DNA of 63,065 nt, filler included, from Circinaria calcarea (lineage: Eukaryota): the NCBI GenBank assembly GCA_051942165.1. It is 14 parts of 14 records of this genome, joined end to end, with 100 filler letters (N's around TTAATTAATTAA, not from the genome) between each part and the next. Parts side by side here need not be neighbours in the genome. Positions count along the whole stretch, not along the records: positions 45,195 to 49,591 come from JAVECS010002341.1; positions 49,692 to 54,086 come from JAVECS010002342.1; positions 54,187 to 58,576 come from JAVECS010002343.1; positions 58,677 to 63,065 come from JAVECS010002344.1; 10 more parts are not named here. The stretch is one strand, 5' to 3'. The notes beneath the pieces are model-generated. The model saw only the letters and a program-made list of their open reading frames with translations. It was not told the origin of the DNA and searched no databases. How positions within the stretch are numbered: position 1 is the first letter of the stretch; each line of letters opens with the position of its first letter. Positions 49,195 to 61,522 of the stretch are shown piece by piece. A program made the translations under genes and the position numbers.

Positions 49195-49591
49195 TCATTG
49201 TTTACTCGAGATACCAGTCGTTTCACCCTTGATTGGCGCTCCGGCCATTTCGTCAATAATCCTTTCAGTGCTTGCTTGATCTTTGTCTTTGGGGATTATA
49301 TCCTTCTCTCCTTCTTTAACCATCTCAACGTCACCTTTACTTGGCCCCAAATCCCGTCTTCTTATGTTCCATCCTCCCTTCCATCCTATCCATCTTGTCT
49401 CCCATGGTCCTCTCAGAAAGCAAACAACCAATGCTGCACCAAGGAATCCAACGCTTGCACTCCCACTACGAATCCATCCACCTTGTGCATATAAGTGATT
49501 GCCAGCGGCGGTACCCATTAGCTGTCCGCAGAAGACACTAACCATGAACGCGGTATTTACTCTATTCCGCGCTTTGGGTGCTATCGCGTAT
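49195..49591 (-). CDS. MFS transporter C-terminus, 5' partial
   Basis: YAIAPKARNRVNTAFMVSVFCGQLMGTAAGNHLYAQGGW...RGPWETRWIGWKGGW. Confidence 0.75.
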
Positions 49592-49691
49592 NNNNNNNNN
49601 NNNNNNNNNNNNNNNNNNNNNNNNNNNNNNNNNNNTTAATTAATTAANNNNNNNNNNNNNNNNNNNNNNNNNNNNNNNNNNNNNNNNNNNN
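49592..49691. other. Artificial contig spacer
   Basis: N/TTAATTAATTAA/N. Confidence 0.99.
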
Positions 49692-50559
49692 ATGGAATTA
49701 TAGCCGCCACTGCTGCCATCTTATATAAATTTTGAATAACCATAATACTCCCATTAATATCTCGACCATACTTAACACAACCTCTATATTGGCCATAGGC
49801 AAGTTGATGGTAAGTATCATTTAAAACCCAACTTTTCCGACTTTGTCAGCTAGAGCTTTTTGTGTGGGTAATTAAACTATAACAAACCGAAGGTGTTCTG
49901 AAAAATCAAACGGCTGCCCTACTTGAACTGATCTCTCATTAATAACCCCACAAAACTCGTCGACTCTTTCATCAAATTTACTTTCGAACCTTTTCAAAGC
50001 GGCCATCGAACACTACAAACCATCAATATCAGTTTTTCTGCAAGTTAATAAGAAATAACTAACGCATGGTCCGATTACTCGCTTCTTCCTCGCATGTTTT
50101 TTGTAGTCCATGGTCAAGAACATTGTATCGGTAGTTCCAAAAAGCCAGGAACCATAGAACGGAGGCTTATTCGTATGGTTATAATATATTTTTGGAAGAA
50201 GCTCGGCATCACTGAAAGACAACAAGTTAGGTGAAAGGCGGACGATAGATCCTACTCATTTATCAAAAAAAACAAACTCCTTGATTGTGACAATTACCAT
50301 ATCATTGGTGCAATGCGTAACCGAAGGTTGGTATATTTTTAATTATATATACGAGATACAATATCGTGACTGATCCCCAGAATGGGCCCGGAAACTGTGA
50401 CAGTGTGTGGAAGTAGCGGTTCCGAATGCCTTTCAAGAACACCAGCACCACAGCCAAAGGCAAAAACACAACCACAAAACGGGACAGTGTAAGCTCATTC
50501 AACCCTACTATCCGAAACGTTAAAGACATTACATATACTGAAAATGTCTCTTTTGGCAT
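49692..50559 (-). pseudogene. Cytochrome P450, N-terminal half, premature stop, 3' partial
   Basis: TM, then RYFHTLSQFPGPFWGSVT...ALHQ*YG|SIVRLSPNLLSFSD...KPPFY..HARKKR...FDFS; TGA at 50304-50302; AT-rich. Confidence 0.75.
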
Positions 50560-52168
50560 ATTTGAAAACCTTGTGGAGTTTTTAGATTGAGTAGATGAAA
50601 AGAGAAATATTGAGTAGGTAACAACCATGACAAATTGCTTGCACTATACTTAAAGCAAAGCTCTCCAACACTGAGCCTTAAAATGAGGCAATAGGAACGC
50701 CGCAAATCTCTTCGAAAATTGAAACATTACGGTCAGCTGCTATTGACCTTGGACCACGAATGACAATCATAAATAACAGTGAGCTAGCATATAAGTAGTG
50801 GTGGCCAGAACGCCGCTGCATACAGAGATTCGTAAGCAGGTGTTGACGACTCCCTTTGGAGCCTTGGAATGGGTGCCCACTACCCATCTGTGTGTTACAG
50901 CATGCGAGCTTTTCGTGCTTCAGAATAAATACCATGTGAGCCAGAATACGCTGATAATGATTGGACTGGACCAGGCACACGGCGCAGAACAGGTCGATAT
51001 CCCGACGATAGTACGTACAACTGTACTCGCCCGTATAAATTAGCTAGCTCGCTTTCTAGGAAAATAGTTTGTACCACAACCGACTAAGCGGGTTGAGAGA
51101 GTATTCTCCGGCCGGGAACTCAGCACATGGTACCGCTAAGCCTCTCGTACTTCAAGGATCCTCTAAAACAATGGAAGCAATTGACCCATTATGCCGAGGT
51201 GTGATAGCAGGACGCGATTCCTTGTACTATACGCCTAATTACTGCCTGAGTTGCATCCTCGGGGAAAATGCAAGCTTGATTTTGCGGCAAAAGGGCCGAT
51301 GCAAGTGCCAAACATGGGTGATCGGATGTAGCTTGTAGAAGCAACTACATATACTTAATTGGTCGAGCAATGGATTTGGTGCTTAGCCAGTCCTTTCGTA
51401 TTATCAACACATTATTTTATTATCACATATAAGTAGAGAAGGGATGGCACCCTCTCCGGAATTAGTCTAGGTAGTTGATTTGGTGCTATGCAGCTAAAGT
51501 GGAGCCAGTGTCGGGTAAGCACCTAATAGGTCAATCAGCGCCGCCAGTAATCTAGTCCGCGGCGGGTGCATTAAACTAGCAATCCAGTCCAGAGGCACAC
51601 TTAATGCTAGTTACCGCCGCTATTTATCCCTATATAATAACCGAACAGACTAGTAATACCGACTGTATTAAAATCCATCCCCGGATCGACTAGCATTTAC
51701 AGACGGGGCCCCGAACTGAATTATTAAAACTACTGGCGGCGCCTAGGCTAATCCGCCGAAAGGATTAACAGGGCCAGTGTATGCAGTGTGATGTAGCACT
51801 GCGGCGCACAGCAACTGAAATATCCGCTGGACTGCATGATAAGGGCTGACAGAAGTCTTATTTTGATGCGGTGTAACCTCTACACAACTGCGGTGACCTG
51901 CAAGATAACAGTTAATGCCTCAATCCAACATACGTGGCACCTGATATACTCCTCTGGCCTCCTCCAGAGAGTTTTCCTTTCCTTCTTAGGGGTCCGTGTT
52001 ATAACAATATTTGAGCTTGCTCTTGGCGAATTGTCTTGCCACCGAGCTTAGTGTATTGAGCTTATTTATATGAATAGATAAATCCAATACCGCGACGAAC
52101 TACTCTTGTCTTTTCTACTCGTGCATTTTCACTCTAACTATTTCGGGTGAAAATATCTCATTATACTT

Positions 52169-53401
52169 ATGTCGATTACCATAAAGGCAACAACGCAGTT
52201 GGGAGACGATAATAGAGGCCCAACACTCCTCGCTATCATCTGGGTCTTTACTATCCTTGCCTTGATCGTCGTCGTTACCAAGTTTTATACAAAAATCAAG
52301 GTTCTTCATAATACAGGGCTTGATGATCCATTCATCCTCTTGTCACTAGTAAAAAACAAAGTCCCATGAATTGGTCGGCCGGATCATACTGATCGCTCTC
52401 TAGATTCTGTCCATTATTTGCACCTCTCTATTTACTGCAGATGTACACATGGGAATGGGTCGGCATACACAATTTCTCGGGGAAAAACGATTGGGATCCA
52501 CCGTCCGGCTCAATTTCATTGCAAACCCTTTCGGCATCATAGCCTACTCGTTCCCAAACATTTCGGTAGCTATAGTGCTGGTTCGAATTATTACGCCGAA
52601 TCGGTACTTTAGATGGACCATCCATGCAATAGCCATCGCATAAAGTATTATTGCCGGCATCTCCTGTATTCTGCTTTTTGCACAGTGTACTCCCTCGGAG
52701 TTTTTTTGGAACCCTACGATCCAGGCAACTTGCATGCCTGCGTCGGTAATAACTGGGTACTCTTACTTCGTTGGAGGTAAACATATCTGTGATGCCTTTT
52801 ACACATGAAAGCTGACGTGTACATAGTTTATTCCGCTTTTACTGATATCTTTCTCGCCGTTGTTCCTGCAGTTATTTTTTGGAAGCTACAACTGAAGTCT
52901 AAGACCAAGGTCGGCCTTTGCATCCTTATGGGCATGACTACTCTTGCCGCTATTTGTGCTATTGTCAAGATTATAAAGCTCAACGAGCTAGCCGATCTGA
53001 TAGACTTCACTTACGGGATAGTTGATCTGGTCATCTGGGCGATAGTAGAGGCGAACGTTATCATAATAGCAGCGTGCATCCCCACATTACGACCTTTCGT
53101 AATCTCGGTCCAGAAAGGAGTTCAAGGAAGCGAAGGGCGATTATTGTTTGGAAGGTTGCGCGGATTCAGAAGCTACGGCTATGGAAGAAGCACTAGAGAC
53201 ACAGATGAGTTCACGGGCAGGTATAAGCAAAGCGGGAAAAATTCAGATCCAGCGAATAGTGGCACGTATCTACTGGCGGCAGCAACAAGGACTAAGGCAA
53301 GTTCTGAGAATGGGAGTCGGAGACATCTCACGACCGATCCGCCGTCATATCCAAAGATTAAGCAGACTACCGAGATTGCCACAGAATGGGAAACGGTGTA
53401 A
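52169..53401 (+). pseudogene. PTH11-like/SAT4-family integral membrane protein with an in-frame stop
   Basis: NRGPTLL..GLDD..MGMGRH...FAQCTP..FWNP...C...DIFLAVVP..WKLQL..K...WAIVEANVIIIAACIPTLRPF; TAA at 52641-52643 inside a TM segment; 2 introns. Confidence 0.8.
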
Positions 53402-54086
53402 CCGAACACCACAATGGTGTAACTACAGTAGTATGACTTCGTTTTCCAAATACGAAGCAGTCTCTAATTCTACCTACCTAAAACGAAATAGTGAATTATG
53501 TCCCCATCGATCTAAGTCTTGAGGCATAACTCCATTATATACTACATCAAACAATCTACTAAGAACCGAGACCTATGAGCATATAGTAAGCACTTGAGTA
53601 GATTTTCTACTGGAGCTCGGGAGCTTAGTGGAAGTAATTGAGGAGCTGAGCTGGGAGAGGTTATCTCAGGGGGCTAACGTGCATTAGTCCTTAGCATGTG
53701 CCGTACATGAGCTTCGTAAGAACCACTGTTCTAAATCGGTGTACTGCAAGTAATACAACGCTAAGAAGTCTGCCTGTATCCGGAAAATGCCCCGATCTGT
53801 GTCGCATACGCATGCATTAAGCTTTACTAGCTTCGGCTTCCTGCAAGGCACACCCTAGCTCCAAATCGGCCTCGACCCGGATCGGATCTGTCTCTGCTGA
53901 AATCACTACATTCTTGAATTGTAGGGTTCGACTGCTTTGTAGTAAAACAGTGCACAATTCCTTACAGCTCGCTCGTCCAAGCTGTACTCTCAAGTTGCCT
54001 TCATACTCATATTGATAATGGATGCATCACCAAACCCTCAGGCTTTGAGCTTGTTAGAAGATATAGCCCGAGTGGGCAAATTGTAT

Positions 54087-54186
54087 NNNNNNNNNNNNNN
54101 NNNNNNNNNNNNNNNNNNNNNNNNNNNNNNTTAATTAATTAANNNNNNNNNNNNNNNNNNNNNNNNNNNNNNNNNNNNNNNNNNNN
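54087..54186. other. Artificial contig spacer
   Basis: N/TTAATTAATTAA/N. Confidence 0.99.
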
Positions 54187-54743
54187 ACCCATACCACCTC
54201 CACCCAAGTTCCCAAAAATGTCACCCTCATCGCCCATCCCTCCTCCCCCCTGCCTCATGAATTCTGCGAATATGCTTCCCGGATCGCTGAAGTTGAAGCC
54301 TCCACCCCCTCCACCACCCGTTGAGAAATGGAAGGTTCGTGTACCGCCGGGCATCCCGCCCATGTTGAACCCTCCGGGCATTCCGCCTCCGAATGGCATG
54401 CCCCCTGCTGCGTCAGCTCCAGGGGGAGCTTGCTGACCTCCTCGGAGGATGAAGTCGAGACCATACTGGTCATAGACCTTGCGTTTCTCGGGGTCGGAGA
54501 GGATCTCATAGGCTTGGGACACTTCTTTAAACTTGTCAGCGGCACCGGGTTCTTTGCTCTTGTCCGGATGCCATTTCAAAGCTGCTTTTCTGCACCAGCC
54601 GTCAGTACATGTGACTGACATGGTTCGATCGTAAACCGGCTAGAGACTCCTATCTAGGCTTACCGGTAACCCTTCTTAATCTCCTCTTGACTGGCCGATG
54701 GGCTGACGCCCAGTGAATCATAGAGTTTAGTTTCCGCAACCAT
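54187..54743 (-). CDS. SIS1: Type II Hsp40 (class B J-protein), 3' partial
   Basis: [37 protein letters not shown]...[25 protein letters not shown] followed by a G/F-G/M-rich region. Confidence 0.92.
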
Positions 54744-55099
54744 ATCGGCTTTCTGCTTAGGTGGATAGAGTCAACCCGACAGCCGTAGACATCCGAAAAG
54801 TGAGTGTAAAGGCGAGATAATTGTAGGCTACAATTGGAAGAGCGGCAGTGCAACTGAATTGACTGATCAGAAACGGTGTTGGACTTTCAATGAAGTTTGC
54901 TAATGATCATAGAAGTTGGTTCGCCCAAGGGCTAAGGAATCTAACCCCAATGCTATCTACAGACTGTACGCCCCAAGCGTTTGAGTGTTGCAACGGAGCA
55001 AACGAGTTATCAGTCCATCACAACGTTGGACATCACCTTGGTTGCCCATATCTCGGCCTGTGACGTCGCCAGCACCCAATCCCAGTCGTCGGGATCGGT

Positions 55100-55119
55100 G
55101 GAAAGTTCTAGAATCTTCC
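55100..55119. promoter_or_regulatory. Perfect four-unit heat shock element upstream of SIS1
   Basis: gGAAagTTCtaGAAtcTTCc, about 360 bp upstream of the SIS1 ATG. Confidence 0.8.
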
Positions 55120-57439
55120 GTTTGCAGAGTCACTAGAGTTTGTGAAGACCCTTCAAACATTAGGGAGTTTCCTCGATTCACCCTTGACTACGAGCAGTTT
55201 CAAGTCTACAGTGCCAGCTCCCACTTTACAATTACTTCTCATGTAAGACCAAGGAGAGACTGTTCTAGGTATATTTGAGGACCAGGATAAATTTTTGGTC
55301 TTCACTTCACATGTGTGTAGCGCTTACCCCATTTCATGCCCTCCAACCTTTACCCCTTGATTTACAAATCAAATATACTATAACTACGCAATGCAGGTCT
55401 ATCTATCAATATCACAACCTCGATCGGATTCCCTCCCCAACCTTCTTTTCCTTCTTCTCCTTCTTCTCCCTCTTCTTCTTTTCCTTCTCCCTCCCTCTTC
55501 TTCTCAACTCTCCCAGCTTTCACGCCTTTGCGTTTTGCGGGCGCATTTGGTTGGCTGTTGGGAGGACGGGCGGCTGGTACAGCGCCATCATGGTAATGCG
55601 TACGAACATGGAATTCGTGTGCCATTTTGCTAGATAGAGTACTGTTATTCATGAGATTAGCGATAATGTTCCTCAAAAGTATACTAATCCCTCATAATCT
55701 TGCAAACCCTATCAGCCTTACCACGCTAAGATTTAAGCGAGGCAATTACCCCCAGCCACCTCTGTTTTATTCTTGATACTGCGGACGATTGATACCTACG
55801 AAGTAGAACGCTTGATGCACGAGGTAGTAGAGGTGGTAGATGAGTTGCAGGTAGGGATAGAGCCGATTTGAGCCAAAAGTATAAGTTTATTGTGATTGCC
55901 TATTTGAAGAAATACTCAACCCAGACAGCTCGAAGCAATGTATGACTAGCAGATGCCTTTCCCTTACTTCCCTATAATAAGACAGACTTAACAGCTTTAA
56001 TTGTGTCAAACCTTTTAGGTTAGCTCCTCGGGCGCATGTTGTTCCGAGCGCCCACACGCACACATAGATAGATTTCCTCGCTGTATAATATGCAGCATAG
56101 CAGTTACATAGAGCAACCCATACACGTAGTTGCACCACTCTCTCTCTTTCACTTATTAATCGATGCCTATTAGTGACGCCGTAGCTTGACAAATTGTAAT
56201 TGATTTGCGGTCAAAGAAGTAGACATTTGGCTAGTAGCCCTCCCCAGGTAAAATTACCTATTAAAACCCGTAGAGTGGAAATGACAATAGGATTCCATTC
56301 CGGGTCCCTGTGTTCTCTCTTGATCGAAATGGTTAGTTAGGAATTCGGCCGCTTTGATTTGTTCCACCCATCGAGATACCCCTTATATTAGTAATCCCTT
56401 GAGTATGTTATCCCCTCTAGCTGAGTCCTGGTCTAATCATTTCATGATACGTGGTAGTCACTGTGCACCCTACCAGGTCCTCTTAGAAAATCACCTAAGT
56501 TAATCGACCATACATTCTCCGCAAGCGTCTGTTCTCCTTATCCACCTCCCTTAGCATTAGGTAACGATCTTAGTAAGAGGAGAATGCTCACATAGGTGTC
56601 TTCCCTAGTAGATACAAGTATCTCGTACTGCCTCAAGCCTCTCATTTCTGGCTAGTTTGGTTTTATATTCTCCAAAAGTAGCATTAATCCACACCCTCGT
56701 ATGCTCCAGAAAGTTAACTAGTAAAAGTACAGGGGTACGTGCTGATCACCAATCCCACCAGGGGAATAGGAGGTTCTCTCTTTCCTATTCTCATGTATAA
56801 AACATACATGGTTCAATTTGCCAAAAGCCAGTAGATAGGCATCCGAAACTAGAACTACTAACGAGGTAGTCTCAGATGAGCCAAGAGTCTAGTATAATAT
56901 ATACACAAATTGCGACAGTCGGGGGGCGGAAAGATCGGACGGGACGACTAGCGATTGACTATGAACCGTTAGCAATAGAGCTAACGGCTGCAGGTTGTCC
57001 TCCCAAAGGAGGCTTTCCTGCATCACGCGACTCTCGCCCACGTTTCAGTAAACTTTTTACTTACCAAGGCTTCCGTTTGAAAATCAACAACAGGTAGTTG
57101 CTCATTTCGTGTTGGGGAGGAACCGCCTCTGCGGCTGTAAGCTGTGCAGCCGTTATACTAACGAGATCCGAGTTGAAGCTCTCCTACTTTGGCCTCTAAG
57201 GCCCGGTTAGAGCTGCAAGCTCTGCTGCTGTCATTTGAAATAATTTGATCGGTGGGTCCATTCGGTCGTTTGGGGACCTGCCGCTATACAGTCCGGGTAA
57301 ATCTCAAAGTAAGTATAAGCAGCCCACCTTCTTGCACGATAGTGCTTCAGCGGAGCCAATGCCATAATATAGGTAGTAGATGGGGAATCCATCTCGAAGA
57401 AGCCTTGAATTAAAGAGACAAAAGCTTTCAAAATCTGAG

Positions 57440-58540
57440 ATTATCTCACATCTGAAAATGTGGCAATTTTGCCCGGCGCTTTCCCCAACGGAAAACCCGA
57501 CCCACAGGCTACCTAACGGCCAAATGGCTAGAAGATGCCTTCTCAACCTCTTTTTTCCTTGCACATTTTCTCACCTAGTCCATTTCAATGTAGACGGGCT
57601 TATTTCCTCACCTAGTCCATTTCGATATACATCGGCAACACCCCCCTGGGAGATCTTGTGGCTTCGCTTTAAAGTCGGTCAGCCAGTGTATGATAATACA
57701 CCCTCACGTCAGGACCATCCTTGCTAAATCTCGGTTTTGTTAAGTTAGTCCATTAAAAGAACGCCGACAGTCCACACCTATCATCGTCCGAGTATAAATC
57801 TGGGGAGGGGACGACCTCTCTTCTTATTCCCTTCCCCGCTACTCTTTCCCCAACTCAATACCCAATACCCAAAGCCAACTTTCAGCATAAAAATTCTGTA
57901 AATCCATCTGTTGGGTTAGATCATATATAGCCAGCAGGAGTGCTTCAGATCGGAATATATATATTCGTTTACTGCCCCAGTAGCCTTCACACCTAATATT
58001 GTAGCAGTTTTGCCCCGGTGCCCTTCCCCGACACATCCCAACTCATCTAAAGGCTAGAAGGGCCGGAGGATACCCTCGCAATCTTTTTCACTTGCTCGAT
58101 CCATTTCTATTGACTGAATTCGCCGTAACTGGACCGGATCGAGAAGGCGGTCATTTAGCAATACTGCTAGGTGAGTGCCTCCTTGCTTATTTCCCTTTGT
58201 TGACCCACGCGCCTCGCATCTGGCAAACCTACTGTCTTACGTTTTAGTAAAACGGCATTGAAAGGGAAAGTCGTATGGTTGATGTAGGAGGAAAATGTTA
58301 CATTGTAATAAAATACTTTATTTTACTACCTAAGTAGTCATCACATTTAAAAATGTGGAAAATTCAGCCAGCACCCCACCCCCACTAAAACGCCAGCCTT
58401 CCCAATTTTCCCCTACCCAATTTACCCCCTAATCCATTTCAATGTAGACGGGGACCCCCCCGGGGAGATCCTGTGGTTTCGCCTTGAAATCTGTAAGCCA
58501 ATGGATGACAATACATCCCCATGTCACTACATCCAGTTAG
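57440..58540 (-). repeat. Diverged tandem duplication with a protein-coding substitution pattern
   Basis: 57440-57725 is similar to 58338-58540, with a partial third copy near 57960-58035. Differences are concentrated at third codon positions. Confidence 0.65.
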
Positions 58541-58576
58541 TACTCCATATAAGAGCTGGAGGGGGTAGGACAGTAC

Positions 58577-58676
58577 NNNNNNNNNNNNNNNNNNNNNNNN
58601 NNNNNNNNNNNNNNNNNNNNTTAATTAATTAANNNNNNNNNNNNNNNNNNNNNNNNNNNNNNNNNNNNNNNNNNNN
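58577..58676. other. Artificial contig spacer
   Basis: N/TTAATTAATTAA/N. Confidence 0.99.
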
Positions 58677-59787
58677 GCCTAGAAACGAGCAAGGTCCCCG
58701 GGGGCCTATGAGAATCCACACTTCAGGACTCTCAAGGGGGATACTTGGAGGAAAATATCAAGGCACAAAGTCAAGGCGAATCGGGGCTGTTTGAGAAGAA
58801 GAGTGTGCATCAGGGAATGGAGGCTGACTTGCTATACTGGGAGCTTACAGTGTCTGGCGCAGTACGCTCGTACTGAGTTTTGCGAGCTGTTATTTGATGT
58901 GGGGTACGTCTTGATTTCCTCCTCCCCATCTATGGTGGCTTTGGCTTTGCCATCGCCAGCTCAAGAACAAGAACAAGAACAAGAAGTGGTGCTGAAATTC
59001 AGCCTAGCAATTACGTTCCTCGCTCAACTGAATCCCCTCATCCAACCCAAACGAAATGATTGGCGACTAGAGCATATGCCTTCATCATAAATATCCTACA
59101 GAGCGCACCCACGCAAGGTGAAACTGGCACACGGATATGGGGACTACGGATAGAGCGTACCAGGCGGCGATGCTATACAGAAAGCAGAGGCGACATCCTT
59201 GCACATGGATCGGGCCGATAAATGGTGTAGGACATATGGGATTCCCGTGGGCATTGGCGTTCCGGCGCATTTTAGGGCCAGCAGGGTAGTGTGGTTCTAA
59301 CACCAGCTTTTGTTGAATCATATGAGTTTCAAAGACCAAGTGCATTGGCTGCCCCCGACAAAACATCATTGTGAACTCCACACACTAGTCAGCCCTTGAA
59401 AAAAGGTTCGGAGTGAAAATCATTCAGCCCCTAAAGCTAAAGTAACTCTCGGCCGAGGAAAGCCGACTATCAAACGAGAAAGTTGCGCCCTGCCGGCACA
59501 AATTTTACCCCTTTTTAAACCCTCCGACTCGCGTTGTATGGCATCCTGTTTAGAAAAGCAAGTCCAGTTTCATTCCACTGGTTTCACATGGCGTATATAG
59601 ACGGATTAACCTTGTACTTTGAACAGTTTTTCCAATTACTTGTCGATCTGAACAGAATCGGTGTTTTGAGTAATGTACCTTTCAATGTAGCAAAAGGTCG
59701 CCTGCCTCCTCATCTTCAAGTATATACAACAGCAGCACTCAAATCGAAATCGAATAAATTTCCCAATGGGCCGGTCTCTGGTGCACG

Positions 59788-60809
59788 CTACCTTGGCCCA
59801 TCACGCAAGATGCCAAAGTGGATCGCAAACCCCGGGTTGCTCTTGAGGTCGGCAACAAGTAGTTCGTCGGGGACTCTCCAAACCCTAAACATCTTGTGGA
59901 ATTCCAGTAGCCAGGCTTCAAATACATCCGGGGATCGAAGCTGCTGAGCTACGAGACACGCGGTAGGTCCGGCATGCTTTGAAACGTTGCTAAGCTGGCA
60001 AAGTTCGGAGCAAGTCCGGACAAATGGACCTATTAAAGCTTCATTATAGATACAGTCACACGCAACAACGGCGTCAAAGTTGTCAAGGCCGCTTTCTCCC
60101 AGCAGGCTGGGTAAGGAGGTGACTGAGCTTTCCTCCCAGTCCAGTACCATGGCCTCAATGGTAGGACCTGCAACTGCTGGGAAGGCACCTGCCGAGGTAG
60201 ATTTTCCCGAGTGCTTGCGTGTCCTCGGAGGCTTCGGGCAAGAAGCGTTGTCTTCTAGATTCCGCCTTAACAACTTCAGGACGTAATCCTGATCGGTGGC
60301 AATGTACCTGCCAATGCGAGGAGCCAATGCCAAGCCCACAATACCAGATACTCCGCAACCTACCTCCAGCACCAGTGACTCAGGGGTAAGCACGGATTCA
60401 TGAAACAGTACGTTGTCCGGAGAGCTTATCCATTCTGCAAACAGAGGGCTGATCTTCCATAGTACTGCGAGCATATCGACATCAGCCTCAAGGACCATGG
60501 TGAAATGCATTGTCTTCATGACACCTCCCTACCTGCGCCTGTCGTACCCCTATTTCGGTTCGATGAAAGAAGTGTTGGAGATTGATGGATGACAAAATCC
60601 CGGCTCCCAACTGTGACCTCGAGCGTCATCGCCTTTGAGTCTACGAAGCCAAGATTCTGGGACGGTATTACCCGTGAGAAGAGGAGAAAGGATTCTGCCA
60701 TTCCGTAAGCAATCCCAGAAAGCCTTAGCCTTCAGCCAGACCCTGTAGTACCTTCCTCTACATCGTTGATCTCCTCACCGAGTAGTCGTAAGAGATCCTG
60801 GAGGCCCAT
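59788..60809 (-). CDS. RKM5: Seven-beta-strand protein lysine methyltransferase, Rkm5-like, 2 introns
   Basis: MGLQDLLRLLGEEINDVEE|ESFLLFS..IPSQNLGFVD..IHQSPTLLSSNR..GTTGA|VLWKISPLFAEW..LEVGCGVSG..ATDQ..LDWE..ACDCIYNE. Confidence 0.8.
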
Positions 60810-61522
60810 CAGAACTCTTTTGGATGTATCTGTACAGTGCTAGGCAGAGGTCTTTCCCGCCTTAGGTACTATAGAAATTGGTAGAGATTTTTTGCCACCG
60901 TCAGAAGGGTTGTAGCGTGAGAGTGACAGCTTTAAATAAAACAACAACCAGATGGAAGAGTGCTCAAGCATCAATCATAGATTTTTCTTGGCCGAGGTAG
61001 GTGGTCCAATCAAGTCGCCGCCAAGTCAGAAATCCGTAGCACTCAGGCCAGCTCTGTAACGCTGTTCTACTACAAATGGTCTCGTGATGACCTTCAGCTT
61101 TGGAAGGAGGGGATGGGAAGTTGGGGCAATTCGATCTCAACAGTCCGCTGCTGACCCGTCACGCTTGCCAAGTATCTTATAAGGCCGCAGTATCATTGAT
61201 CTTACCTCGGCTTCTCCGTACCTTACAGCATTAAGGCTGATTCACGGGCCGGAAAAGTAAAGGGCCGCGCATGGGCTTACGTCGGTGCCTTGAGCTTGGA
61301 CTGGGCTTGGCAATGGGTATGATGAGCTCCCATGATCAAGACGAGGAAGATACTCAGAACACCCACTCAACGTAACATTCCCATATCCACGATTGCATTC
61401 CGTGTCTTTTCAGCAAGATCTATAAATTCCTACCGGGTAGCTTATTGAAGCGAATCAATCTCTCTATTGCTGTCAAGACAAAGTTGTCTCTGTGACCGTC
61501 TTGAAGCAGGCAGCTCATCGCC

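Noticed and set aside
55362..55676. K/E/G-rich minus-strand ORF upstream of SIS1
   Set aside because: Driven by a purine-rich low-complexity tract with no recognisable domain; cannot be supported as a gene.
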